IMG/VR virus record: IMGVR_UViG_3300048839_000590
DNA: 33,294 nt
Strand: one strand, 5' to 3'
Origin: a virus
How positions within the stretch are numbered: position 1 is the first letter of the stretch; each line of letters starts with the position of its first letter. Below, piece after piece: positions 23,249-31,203 of this stretch. The notes beneath the pieces are model-generated. The model had not been told where the DNA came from and made no database searches. It saw only the letters and a list, made by a program, of their open reading frames with translations. The position numbers were made by a program, and so were the translations under genes.

Positions 23249-23767
23249 TCAGCGACACAGTTCCAGTCCGATGCTGATCACATCGATCACGGGAATCTTG
23301 GCGCCTTCGATGCTGGGGTTGTCCAGCCAGATCTCGTCAAGGTCTTTGTAACGCTCGCTGCCATTGCGGGCCGCGCCACGTGCTGTGCCATTGATGGCGT
23401 AGGTTTCCCCATCGTTGCCAAAGAACACGATGTGTGTGCCGTTGATGCACGCCACCCGGCCGGCATCGATGCTGAACGGCCACGGGAAGCTCACTGTGTC
23501 CTTGGAGATTGTGCCCACCGGCGTGGCCGCTGGTGCTGGGGTTGCCGGCGCCGAGGTTGGGCCGGCTGTGGCAGCCGGTGCTTCAGTGGCCACGGGTGCA
23601 TCGGTGGCCGCCGGCGCAGCCGTGGCGGCTGCGAGCTGGGCCGGTGCCGGTGTGGGTGTCGTGCTGCCCGGGTTGGCGAGCTGGGCCACCAGGCCACACA
23701 GGCACAACAGCACCAGTGCCCCGAGGCCGATAGTGAGCAACGGTGAACGCTTCTTTGGTTTTGCCAT
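23249..23767 (-). CDS. Membrane-anchored protein with a Pro/Thr/Ala linker and a Cys-containing globular C-domain, co-oriented with the repressor
   Basis: MAKPKKRSPLLTIGLGALVLLCLCGLVAQL (TM), then a PT/A-rich linker, then ..FPWPFSIDAGRVACINGTHIVFFGNDGETYAINGTA..ISIGLELC. SD AAAGGGGATCC precedes the ATG. Confidence 0.75.
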   Translation of the reverse strand: MAKPKKRSPLLTIGLGALVLLCLCGLVAQLANPGSTTPTPAPAQLAAATAAPAATDAPVATEAPAATAGPTSAPATPAPAATPVGTISKDTVSFPWPFSIDAGRVACINGTHIVFFGNDGETYAINGTARGAARNGSERYKDLDEIWLDNPSIEGAKIPVIDVISIGLELCR

Positions 23768-23778
23768 GGATCCCCTTT

Positions 23779-24183
23779 TTACTTGTGTCGTGTTGGTTGT
23801 TTTTGTTCAGTGTCTGCAAGTGAATCAATCACCGCCGTGGCCGCAAGGATGGCACGCGCTCGCACCTCAGCCGATGTGATGCGCGCCAAAGACAGGCGGA
23901 TGTGTTCGAGTTCCTCATTGCTCACCTGCGTGCCCTCACCCACCGGCTCGAAGCCGGCGCGCATCAAAACAGAATCGAGCGGCAGATGTTCAGCGCGTGC
24001 GATCTGAATGCACAGGATCTCGTTGGGTGGCCGCTCATCACGTTCCAGGCGGCCCAGATAACTTTGATCGATGCCCAGCTTGTGTGCGTATTCTGATTGC
24101 GTCTGCTCCCCCCTGAGTTCTTTAAGCCACTGCCCGAAAGATTGAATTTTCAAGATATGCCCCTGCCCTAACCCGCGTTGCAC
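23779..24183 (-). CDS. XRE/CI-type HTH repressor
   Basis: FGQWLKELRGEQTQSEYAHKLGIDQSYLGRLERDERPP is a classic HTH_3 motif. The start is GTG 24183 or, more likely, TTG 24153 (preceded by AGGGG). Confidence 0.85.
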   Translation of the reverse strand: MQRGLGQGHILKIQSFGQWLKELRGEQTQSEYAHKLGIDQSYLGRLERDERPPNEILCIQIARAEHLPLDSVLMRAGFEPVGEGTQVSNEELEHIRLSLARITSAEVRARAILAATAVIDSLADTEQKQPTRHK

Positions 24184-24226
24184 ACGCGAGGTCTACAGGC
24201 ATTTTAGGCAATAGGCCAAAAATCTT

Positions 24227-24254
24227 TTAATATGCCTCTTGACATTTAGGACAA
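24227..24254 (-). promoter_or_regulatory. Leftward (PRM-like) promoter: TTGTCC - 16 nt - TATTAA
   Basis: The minus-strand -35 is at 24254-24249 and the -10 at 24232-24227. It faces the repressor gene. Confidence 0.5.
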
Positions 24255-24267
24255 TTGGCCTTATAAA
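24239..24267 (+). promoter_or_regulatory. Rightward (PR-like) promoter: TTGACA - 17 nt - TATAAA
   Basis: The -35 is at 24239-24244 and the -10 at 24262-24267. The Cro-like ATG at 24283 is only ~15 nt downstream. Confidence 0.65.
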
Positions 24268-24282
24268 TGTCATTAGGCAAAT

Positions 24283-24510
24283 ATGACCAATCAGAAAGTA
24301 AACCCCAAGTTGTTGAAGGCTGCGAAGGCGTTTGAGCCAGCCAGCACGCCGCGCTCGGCATACCTGCTTGAGCCAGACGTTCAGGCCGGCATTGATGAGT
24401 TGCACCGCGCTGGTGGCGGCCAAAAGGCGAAAACGAAGATCGTCAATGACCTGTTGCGCGCGGCGCTGTTCTCAGACGCTATAGCCGATGCGCTTGTGAA
24501 GGAGGCTTGA
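24283..24510 (+). CDS. Cro-like early regulator (possibly RHH fold)
   Basis: It is the first rightward gene, divergent from the repressor. RSAYLLEPDVQAGIDELHRAGGGQKAKTKIVNDLLRAAL has a strand-helix-helix-like pattern. Confidence 0.5.
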   Translation: MTNQKVNPKLLKAAKAFEPASTPRSAYLLEPDVQAGIDELHRAGGGQKAKTKIVNDLLRAALFSDAIADALVKEA

Positions 24511-24520
24511 TGAACAAAAC

Positions 24521-24553
24521 GCCCCCGCGATCGGTGCGAACGATGGCGGGGGC
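24521..24553 (+). other. GC-rich hairpin just after the Cro-like gene (no U-tract)
   Basis: GCCCCCGCGATCG-gtgcgaa-CGATGGCGGGGGC, a 13-bp stem with one mismatch. Confidence 0.6.
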
Positions 24554-24659
24554 AAGAGCAACACACAAACGAGGTTGAGCGCGGTTGCTGGGTTGGATTG
24601 TAACAGCAGCCGGCGCATGTGAGGCAGGCAATCCACATTCAAAAAAGCGAGAGAGAGAC

Positions 24660-24980
24660 ATGAGCCAGCAGTTCATCAAAAACGAGCAGGGCACCTTTGA
24701 CGAGATCTATCGTGATTTCGTGATCCGCCCCACCGAAGACGGATTCACGGTGCTCAACCCGGATGGCACGCCCACCGGCTACACCCCAAAGACCCGCGCC
24801 ACTGCCGTGGCCGTGATCGACACGAAGCACCGCCGCTGCGAGGAACTGGCCGCCGAGGCCGCCAAGCGCGTGAGCAAGCCACAGATCGATGTGGCCGCGA
24901 TCCTGACAGCGGCTGACCGCCTGAGCGTTGGCGCTCGCAAGATGGGCCGCGCCGAGAACAACCCCAACGATTTGATCTGA
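24660..24980 (+). CDS. Hypothetical protein (106 aa)
   Basis: ATG 24660 follows GAGAGAGAGAC. The track ORF from 24585 includes an unlikely leader. Confidence 0.65.
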   Translation: MSQQFIKNEQGTFDEIYRDFVIRPTEDGFTVLNPDGTPTGYTPKTRATAVAVIDTKHRRCEELAAEAAKRVSKPQIDVAAILTAADRLSVGARKMGRAENNPNDLI

Positions 24981-24981
24981 C

Positions 24982-25086
24982 ATGGAGCAAGAGCACGAAG
25001 ATCGATTCTTCAACATGCTGCTGGCCGCCGGCGTTTGCATCGCCATTGCGCTGATCATCGCCGGCGGCACCAGCCTGATTCACTGA
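24982..25086 (+). CDS. Small single-TM protein (34 aa)
   Basis: My own translation: MEQEHEDRFFNMLLAAGVCIAIALIIAGGTSLIH. It fills the gap between two genes exactly. Confidence 0.5.
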   Translation: MEQEHEDRFFNMLLAAGVCIAIALIIAGGTSLIH

Positions 25087-25087
25087 C

Positions 25088-25297
25088 ATGAACGACGAAA
25101 CCCACGCACTCAGAGACGTAAGCCACCTGCTGAAACTCACGGACCTGCCGGCCGCGATCCGCCTTGAAATGATCGGCAAGCGCCTGGACTGGCATGAGGC
25201 GCATGTGGCGAAGGATTGGCCGCGAGCCAAAGAAGCATTTGGTGCACTGTGCGAGCTTCACCAGCTCTACAACGTTCAGCCGGTCACTGACAAGTGA
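25088..25297 (+). CDS. Hypothetical protein (69 aa)
   Basis: ORF track; tightly packed in the operon. Confidence 0.55.
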   Translation: MNDETHALRDVSHLLKLTDLPAAIRLEMIGKRLDWHEAHVAKDWPRAKEAFGALCELHQLYNVQPVTDK

Positions 25298-25343
25298 CGT
25301 TCAAACAACCGCAAATCTTTCAACCGATTAGGAGTAACTAGAA

Positions 25344-25970
25344 ATGGCAGACGCAACACAAGCATTCCCTTCAGCATTCATGAAGGCCGACGATCTGATC
25401 AGCGGCCCGCAGACACTGACGATTCAGGCCGTGGAGCTGCGCCACGAGTTCAACGATGGCAGCTCGAAGCCGGTCATCACCTTCAACGGTGACAAGCAAT
25501 TGGTGTGCAACAAGACCAACTGGAACATCGTGATTGAGCTGTATGGCACCAACACCGATGCGTGGCTGGGCAAGCCGCTCACGCTAATGCGCACCATGGT
25601 GGACTTTCAGGGCAAGCGCACGCCGGCGATCCGCATCAATCCCATCGTGGTGCCCAACGGCGCGCCGAGCAGCACGCTCAGCAGCAACGGCCACAGCGCG
25701 CCACAGCCGGCCGAGGATCCGCGCAAGGCATCGGCCACGGCGCTCAAGCTGTGGGTGGCCAAGGCGCGCCGGCAGGGTGCAGCCGAGCCGAGTGCTGAGG
25801 AATTGAGCACTAAGGCTGACGAGCTGGCCGCGCTGTGCTACGGCGCGCATGTGGCTGATCCGATCGTCGACAAGTTCCTCACCGCGCCCAACTCTGCTGA
25901 GATGCTGCAGGGCATGTGGGACGCGATGGACACACTGATCAGCCGGCTGAACGGTGACATCAATTTCTGA
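25344..25970 (+). CDS. Hypothetical protein (208 aa), beta-rich N-domain
   Basis: SD TAGGAG lies 8 nt upstream. KPVITFNGDKQLVCNKTNWNIVIELYGTNTDAWLGKPLTL. Function not recognised. Confidence 0.7.
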   Translation: MADATQAFPSAFMKADDLISGPQTLTIQAVELRHEFNDGSSKPVITFNGDKQLVCNKTNWNIVIELYGTNTDAWLGKPLTLMRTMVDFQGKRTPAIRINPIVVPNGAPSSTLSSNGHSAPQPAEDPRKASATALKLWVAKARRQGAAEPSAEELSTKADELAALCYGAHVADPIVDKFLTAPNSAEMLQGMWDAMDTLISRLNGDINF

Positions 25971-26026
25971 TTACTGACCGGCTGGGGTTTTACTCCTTTT
26001 ACCCCGGTCGAGAACTTCCCTCCGCC

Positions 26027-26059
26027 TCCCCGGTGCTGGCCTGAGCAACCAGCACCGGG
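26027..26059 (+). other. Perfect 12-bp-stem hairpin upstream of the GIY-YIG gene (no U-tract)
   Basis: CCCCGGTGCTGG-cctgagcaa-CCAGCACCGGGG. Confidence 0.7.
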
Positions 26060-26076
26060 GCAGGGAGAAACACAGA

Positions 26077-26340
26077 GTGCTTTACCTGCTACAGATCGAT
26101 CCACCGCTGATGCGCAAGAGCGCGCCCACGCGCTACTACCTTGGCTACTGCAAGGATGGGCGGCTCGACGAGCGATTGGCCGAGCACCAAGCCGGCACCG
26201 GCGCGGCGCTGACTCGTGCAGCCGTGAAGCGTGGGTGCACGCTGACAGTGGTGTGGACATCGAAGCGGGGCACGCGAAAGGATGAGCGCAAGTTGAAGCG
26301 CCAGCGCAATCACAAGCGGTTGCTGGCATCAGGCAAGTAA
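26077..26340 (+). CDS. Small GIY-YIG-type nuclease-family protein
   Basis: LYLLQID..RYYLGYCKDGRLDERLAEHQAGTGAALTRAA..ERKLKRQRNHKRL. GTG start with GGGAG upstream. Confidence 0.6.
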   Translation: MLYLLQIDPPLMRKSAPTRYYLGYCKDGRLDERLAEHQAGTGAALTRAAVKRGCTLTVVWTSKRGTRKDERKLKRQRNHKRLLASGK

Positions 26341-26345
26341 CACCT

Positions 26346-26819
26346 ATGACACAGACAAACGATTTGAGCGCATTCGATGAACTGTCATTCGCCGAGGAAG
26401 AAATGGAAGGCGTGAGCGAAGAAGCGATTCATCAGTTCTTCTACACGCCAGCCACCAGCAACCCCACGCTGCTGGACATGGCAGCGGACGATGTGACGCA
26501 CAACACCAACATCAAGATCAACGCGGCATACACCGCACTGAAGGTGGCGCGCAATGGCCTGTTCGCTGCCAGCGAGCATGAAGGGCGCTGCAAGGATGCC
26601 CTTGAAGTGGCTGAGCGCGATCTGTTGCTGAGCGGTGCGATTGATGGCAAGAACGCTGAGCTGCGCAACGCGCAGATGTTCAACCGAACTGAAGTGCAGC
26701 GCACACAGTTGTATCAGGCACAGTCCAAGCGCCGCCGCGCCGAGCTGGATCTGCAGCTCGCCACCGACGAAGTGCAGCGCATCCGCACGCTGGTCTCACT
26801 CATCACCGTTCAAGCCTGA
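26346..26819 (+). CDS. Hypothetical acidic/coiled-coil protein (157 aa)
   Basis: ORF track; operon context. Confidence 0.65.
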   Translation: MTQTNDLSAFDELSFAEEEMEGVSEEAIHQFFYTPATSNPTLLDMAADDVTHNTNIKINAAYTALKVARNGLFAASEHEGRCKDALEVAERDLLLSGAIDGKNAELRNAQMFNRTEVQRTQLYQAQSKRRRAELDLQLATDEVQRIRTLVSLITVQA

Positions 26820-26836
26820 CCGATTGACCGCGCATC

Positions 26837-29089
26837 ATGAACATGAAAGCCGTTGCGATTGACTACACCAAGAAAGGCTGGCAGGTCTTCCCGCTGGCCG
26901 CCGCCGGCAAGCAGCCGGTGACCAAGCACGGCTTTCATGATGCGACCACCGAGCGATCACAGATTGACCTGTGGTGGACTGCCAGCGGCCGGCGCAACAT
27001 CGGCATTGCGACCGGTGAGCGCAGTGGCATTGTGGTGATCGACCTGGACGGACCTGATGGACTGGCCGAGTGGCAGAGCATCGCCGCGCCACACGAGCCG
27101 ATCAGCACACTCACATCACTCACCGGCGGCGGCGGTGCGCACCTGCTTTTCAAATGGCCAGGCATCGCCATCAACAACTCGCCGATCAGCGAAAACATCC
27201 ATGTGCGTGCGGACGGTGGCTACATCGTCGCGCCGCCGAGCGTGCACCCGAATGGCACGCCATACCGCTGGCAGGATGAGAACGTTGCTGTTGCTGACAT
27301 GCCGGTGTGGCTGCTCGAACTGTTGATTTCTGGACGCGGCAAGGGTGCAACCCCCTCTCTCTCGCCATCCGAGCCACAGCCAGTGATTGACAGTTCGAGC
27401 AGCCACACTGGCAACCGCCTGAGCATGTACGCGGCCGCTGCGCTCAAGAGCGCGTGTGACCGGATCCGCTCAGCGGGTGAGGGCAAGCGCAACGACACAC
27501 TCAACCGCGAGGCGTTCAGCCTCGGCGCCTTCATTCGTGACAACCACATCGACCGCGCCACGGTTGAGATGGAGCTGCGCGGCGCGGCCCTCGGCGCCGG
27601 CCTGGTCGAGCGCGAGATTGAGAAGACCTTGAGCAGCGCCATTGATGGCGCGCTCAGCCGCTCACGCCGCACGATCGAGCCGCGCCCCAGCACGCCGCTG
27701 GGCATGGCCGCTGATGAGATCGAGCAGCACAGTGAAGAGGCACGCAAGGTGCTGACAGCCGCGCCACTGACCGACGCCGGCAATGCCGAGTGCATCGCGC
27801 ACCTGTATGGCGATCGGCTGCGCTATGACCACATCAGCAAGAGTTGGCGCGTGTGGGATGGCCAGCGGTGGCGCGTGGATCATGACTGTGAATCCACGCG
27901 CCTGGCACTGGCCACCGTGCGAGCGCGCCGGCAGGCATTCCACACCGATGGCGCGCTGAGCAACGATGACCGCGTGAAGGGCTTCAAGTTCTCGCTCACC
28001 AGCGAAAACCAGGCCAAGCTGATGGCGGCGCTGAGCCATGCGCAGAGCCTGATTGAGTTTGCCACGCTGGTGCAGCAGTATGACCGCAACAGGATGCTGG
28101 TGTGCGCAGGTGATGTCACGATTGATCTTGACACCGTGACGCCGCGCGAGCATCGGCGCGAGGATTTGATCACGCTGATGCTGGGCACGCAGTGGGATCC
28201 TGAAGCCACCGCGCCGCGCTGGTTGCAGTTCATCAATGAGCTATGGCCAGATGCACCGGCCATGCACGCCTACATCCAGCGCGCATTTGGCTATTGCCTC
28301 ACCGGCGACATCCGAGAGCAGGCGTTCTTCCTGTGCCATGGCAACGGCCGCAACGGCAAGAGCACGCTGTTCAACGTTTTGCGCGCGCTGGCCGGCGAGT
28401 ATTCGAGCGTGACCGACTTCACCACCTTTGATGCAGACACGCAGGAAAGCCGGTCAGATCTGGCCAAACTGCGCGCGGCTCGTGTGGTGACGGTGAGCGA
28501 GTCGAACGAAGACACGCGATTGGCTGAGGCGCGCATCAAGGCTGTCACAGGTGGCGAGGCCATCACAGCACGTGAGCTGTATGGCAAGCCATTCGACTAT
28601 GTGCCTCAGTTCAAGCTGTGGATGGCCATGAACCATCTTCCTACCATTCGCGGGGCTGACAACGGGATCTGGAGGCGCATTCACCTGATTGAGTTCAACC
28701 AGAACTTCGAGGGCCGCGAGGACAAACAGTTGGAGCAAAAGCTGCGCGCCGAGCTGCCCGGCATTTTGAATTGGGCGCTGGATGGCCTGCGCGAATGGCA
28801 TGCGCAGGGGTTGAACCCACCGGCAGATGTGGTGAACGCCACGAAGGCATACCGCGCCGATCAGGACTTGATTGGCCGGTGGGTGAGTGATTGCTGCGTG
28901 CTCGGCGCGCGTGAACAGGTGCAATCGAGCCTCGCGTATGAGTCATACGTGCAATGGTGCCAGCGGGTGAACGTGCGCGAGCAGTCATTGCCGCTGTGGG
29001 GCCGGCGCATGAAGGAACGCGGATTCACAGACCGCACATTGGAAGGCCGCACGTTCTACGTGGGCATTGGATTGAAGGGGCAACTATGA
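26837..29089 (+). CDS. Bifunctional primase-polymerase / D5-P4-type helicase-primase
   Basis: The N-terminal PrimPol region reads GWQVFPL..GKQPVTKHGFHDATT..IGIATGERSGIVVIDLD..GGGAHLLF..GGYIVAPPSVHPNG. The C-terminal P4-family NTPase has Walker A GNGRNGKST. Confidence 0.9.
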   Translation: MNMKAVAIDYTKKGWQVFPLAAAGKQPVTKHGFHDATTERSQIDLWWTASGRRNIGIATGERSGIVVIDLDGPDGLAEWQSIAAPHEPISTLTSLTGGGGAHLLFKWPGIAINNSPISENIHVRADGGYIVAPPSVHPNGTPYRWQDENVAVADMPVWLLELLISGRGKGATPSLSPSEPQPVIDSSSSHTGNRLSMYAAAALKSACDRIRSAGEGKRNDTLNREAFSLGAFIRDNHIDRATVEMELRGAALGAGLVEREIEKTLSSAIDGALSRSRRTIEPRPSTPLGMAADEIEQHSEEARKVLTAAPLTDAGNAECIAHLYGDRLRYDHISKSWRVWDGQRWRVDHDCESTRLALATVRARRQAFHTDGALSNDDRVKGFKFSLTSENQAKLMAALSHAQSLIEFATLVQQYDRNRMLVCAGDVTIDLDTVTPREHRREDLITLMLGTQWDPEATAPRWLQFINELWPDAPAMHAYIQRAFGYCLTGDIREQAFFLCHGNGRNGKSTLFNVLRALAGEYSSVTDFTTFDADTQESRSDLAKLRAARVVTVSESNEDTRLAEARIKAVTGGEAITARELYGKPFDYVPQFKLWMAMNHLPTIRGADNGIWRRIHLIEFNQNFEGREDKQLEQKLRAELPGILNWALDGLREWHAQGLNPPADVVNATKAYRADQDLIGRWVSDCCVLGAREQVQSSLAYESYVQWCQRVNVREQSLPLWGRRMKERGFTDRTLEGRTFYVGIGLKGQL

Positions 29090-29289
29090 CCAAAACAACG
29101 AAGCGCACGAAGGGCGCCGGCCTCGGGCTGCTGTTCGCATCCCGCGCCACATACGAAGAGCGCATGTGGCAGATCGCGTATGACGAAGCGATCAAGGCCG
29201 GCAAGACAGCAATCGAGGCGCAACGGATTGCAGATGAAGCCGCACAGGTGGCAAAGGGTGAGAAACATGGAATTGCTCAGAACGCTTGA
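29086..29289 (+). CDS. Hypothetical protein (67 aa)
   Basis: ATG 29086 overlaps the primase stop (ATGA). Confidence 0.55.
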   Translation: MTKTTKRTKGAGLGLLFASRATYEERMWQIAYDEAIKAGKTAIEAQRIADEAAQVAKGEKHGIAQNA

Positions 29290-29620
29290 GCGCGCCGGCT
29301 TCAACCTGCGCCTGGATGGCACGCGGGTGGTGGCACGCCGCACCCGCGCCACACAGATGAGCGCACAGGCCGCCGCGCCGCTGCTGAAGGCGTTGGAGCT
29401 GCACCAGGCTGAAGCGGTGCAAGCGATGCAGCCCAAGCTAGCGGTGATTGATCCGATCGGCGATCAAGAGCGGCTGATCCTGAGTGGCACGCTCTCGCCG
29501 ATCGATGAGGCCATTGAGATTCACCAGTATGCCTACATGCGCGGCCAGCGCATGTGCAGCGATGGCACGACACACGCCGGCAACATCAAGCGGCTGCAGG
29601 CAGAGAAGGTGCAGTCATGA
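29267..29620 (+). CDS. Hypothetical protein (117 aa)
   Basis: ATG 29267 (MELLRTLERAGFNLRLDG), chosen over the track start at 29180. Confidence 0.55.
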   Translation: MELLRTLERAGFNLRLDGTRVVARRTRATQMSAQAAAPLLKALELHQAEAVQAMQPKLAVIDPIGDQERLILSGTLSPIDEAIEIHQYAYMRGQRMCSDGTTHAGNIKRLQAEKVQS

Positions 29621-30219
29621 AAGAGCGACCAATCATATTTAGCGGTGAGATGGTGCGCGCCATCCTCGAAGGGCGCAAGACGCAGACGCGACGTGTGATA
29701 AGCAAGCAGCCGCTCGATGTTATCCCTTATCAAGGCGAGCTGGCTGGGCAACGTTGGGTTGGCCTGATGCAGCGCGATCCGAATAAGGGATTGATCTTCA
29801 AGTGCAAATACGGGCAAGCCGGCGACCGGCTGTGGGTGCGTGAGACATGGCAAGCGCAAAACACCGAAATGAAGTGGTGGCACGAATGGCCGGCCAATGA
29901 TCGGCACAGCATGAACTGGGCATGGACAAATCCGGTTGTGCCGGCGTACGAACAGATCCCGCCGCGCTGGTTGTCGGCGATTCACATGCCGCGCATGGCC
30001 TGCCGTATCACGTTGGAGATTACCGGCGTGCGGGTCGAGCGTCTGCAGGACATTTCTTTTAATGATGCGTTGGATGAGGGCATGGTGTGGGATGACGCAA
30101 GTGATTACGTTCGCATGGATTACATGAATCTATGGAACAAGATCAACGCCAAGCGCGGATACGGCTGGGATGTGAATCCCTGGGTGTGGGTGATCGAATT
30201 TAAGCAGGTGAAGCGATGA
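29617..30219 (+). CDS. Hypothetical protein with an ASCH/PUA-like N-terminal motif
   Basis: MKERPIIFSGEMVRAILEGRKTQTRRV is a recurrent phage motif. ATGA overlap with the upstream gene. Confidence 0.5.
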   Translation: MKERPIIFSGEMVRAILEGRKTQTRRVISKQPLDVIPYQGELAGQRWVGLMQRDPNKGLIFKCKYGQAGDRLWVRETWQAQNTEMKWWHEWPANDRHSMNWAWTNPVVPAYEQIPPRWLSAIHMPRMACRITLEITGVRVERLQDISFNDALDEGMVWDDASDYVRMDYMNLWNKINAKRGYGWDVNPWVWVIEFKQVKR

Positions 30220-30578
30220 CCCGCCTCACAGAACGCGAATGGCGCAAACTCACCGGCGAGCCGGCCACGCGCAGCAAATACAACAACACCATCGTCGAGC
30301 GCGATGGCATGAAGTTTGACAGCCAGCGCGAGCTGGATCGCTGGTGCGAGCTGCAACTGTTGGAGCGCGCCGGTGGCATCCACGACCTGCGCCGGCAGGT
30401 GCCATACGACCTGATTGTGAACGGCGTGAAGGTGTGCCGCTACGTGGCCGACTTCGTTTACACCACAGCCGGTGAGACAGTCGTCGAGGATGTGAAGGGC
30501 GTGAGGACGGATGTGTTCATTCTGAAGCGCAAGCTGATGAAGGCCATCTTCAACATTGAAGTGCAAGAGGTGAAGTGA
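30216..30578 (+). CDS. DUF1064-type (PD-(D/E)XK-like) endonuclease, candidate junction resolvase
   Basis: SKYNNT..FDSQRELDRWCELQLLERAGGIHDLRRQVPY..YVADFVY..VVEDVKG..FILKRKLM. Confidence 0.65.
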   Translation: MTRLTEREWRKLTGEPATRSKYNNTIVERDGMKFDSQRELDRWCELQLLERAGGIHDLRRQVPYDLIVNGVKVCRYVADFVYTTAGETVVEDVKGVRTDVFILKRKLMKAIFNIEVQEVK

Positions 30579-30961
30579 TGGCGCGCAACCATCGTGGTGT
30601 ATATCCCGCCAACTGGCCGGCAATTGCAAAGCAGGTGAAAGAGGACGCCGGCGGCAAGTGTGTGCGTTGTGGTCATGTGCATGAGCCGGCCACTGGTTAC
30701 ACCCTCACTGTTCACCACCTGGATCTTGATAAATCAAATTGTGAATGGTGGAACCTCGCGGCATTGTGTCAGCGGTGCCATTTGCAGATTCAGAGCAAGG
30801 TGGCGATGGAACGGCCGTGGATGTTGCCGCACAGTGAATGGTTCAAGCCATACGTGGCCGGCTATTACGCCTTTCATCATGGGTTGCCGCATGACCGCAC
30901 AACTGTGATGGCGCAAGTGGAATGGCTCATTGCACTTGGTCAAGGGACGGTGACAGCATGA
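30575..30961 (+). CDS. HNH endonuclease
   Basis: CVRCGH...LTVHHLDLDKSNCEWWNLAALCQRCH. The start is GTG 30575 or ATG 30578. Confidence 0.85.
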   Translation: MMARNHRGVYPANWPAIAKQVKEDAGGKCVRCGHVHEPATGYTLTVHHLDLDKSNCEWWNLAALCQRCHLQIQSKVAMERPWMLPHSEWFKPYVAGYYAFHHGLPHDRTTVMAQVEWLIALGQGTVTA

Positions 30962-31203
30962 CCCTCACCAACATTAATGCTGTGCAGCTCAAGCCCCTTG
31001 GCGGGCGCGAGCGCGAGATCGCACAGATGGTGGCGCGCGGCATGACTGACCAAGCCATTGCAGACGAGCTGGGCATTGGCAAAACAACAGTGGTCACAAC
31101 ACTGACGAAGGTTTACAGCAAGCTCAGCCTCGGGCGTGGCACGGGTTGCAATTCCCGTGTGCTGCTTGCGCGCTGGGTGTGGGATGGCGGGGTGAAAGCA
31201 TGA
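30958..31203 (+). CDS. LuxR/GerE-type HTH regulator (81 aa)
   Basis: GREREIAQMVARGMTDQAIADELGIGKTTVVTTLTKVYSKL. ATG 30958 overlaps the HNH stop. Confidence 0.8.
   Translation: MTLTNINAVQLKPLGGREREIAQMVARGMTDQAIADELGIGKTTVVTTLTKVYSKLSLGRGTGCNSRVLLARWVWDGGVKA

Larger units (their letters stand above)
24204..24280. promoter_or_regulatory. Three TTAGG(A)CAA operator-like sites
   Basis: TTAGGCAATAGGCC (from 24204), TTAGGACAATTGGCCT (from 24246, near-palindrome AGGACAATTGGCCT inside the PR spacer), and TTAGGCAA (24273-24280). Confidence 0.55.
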
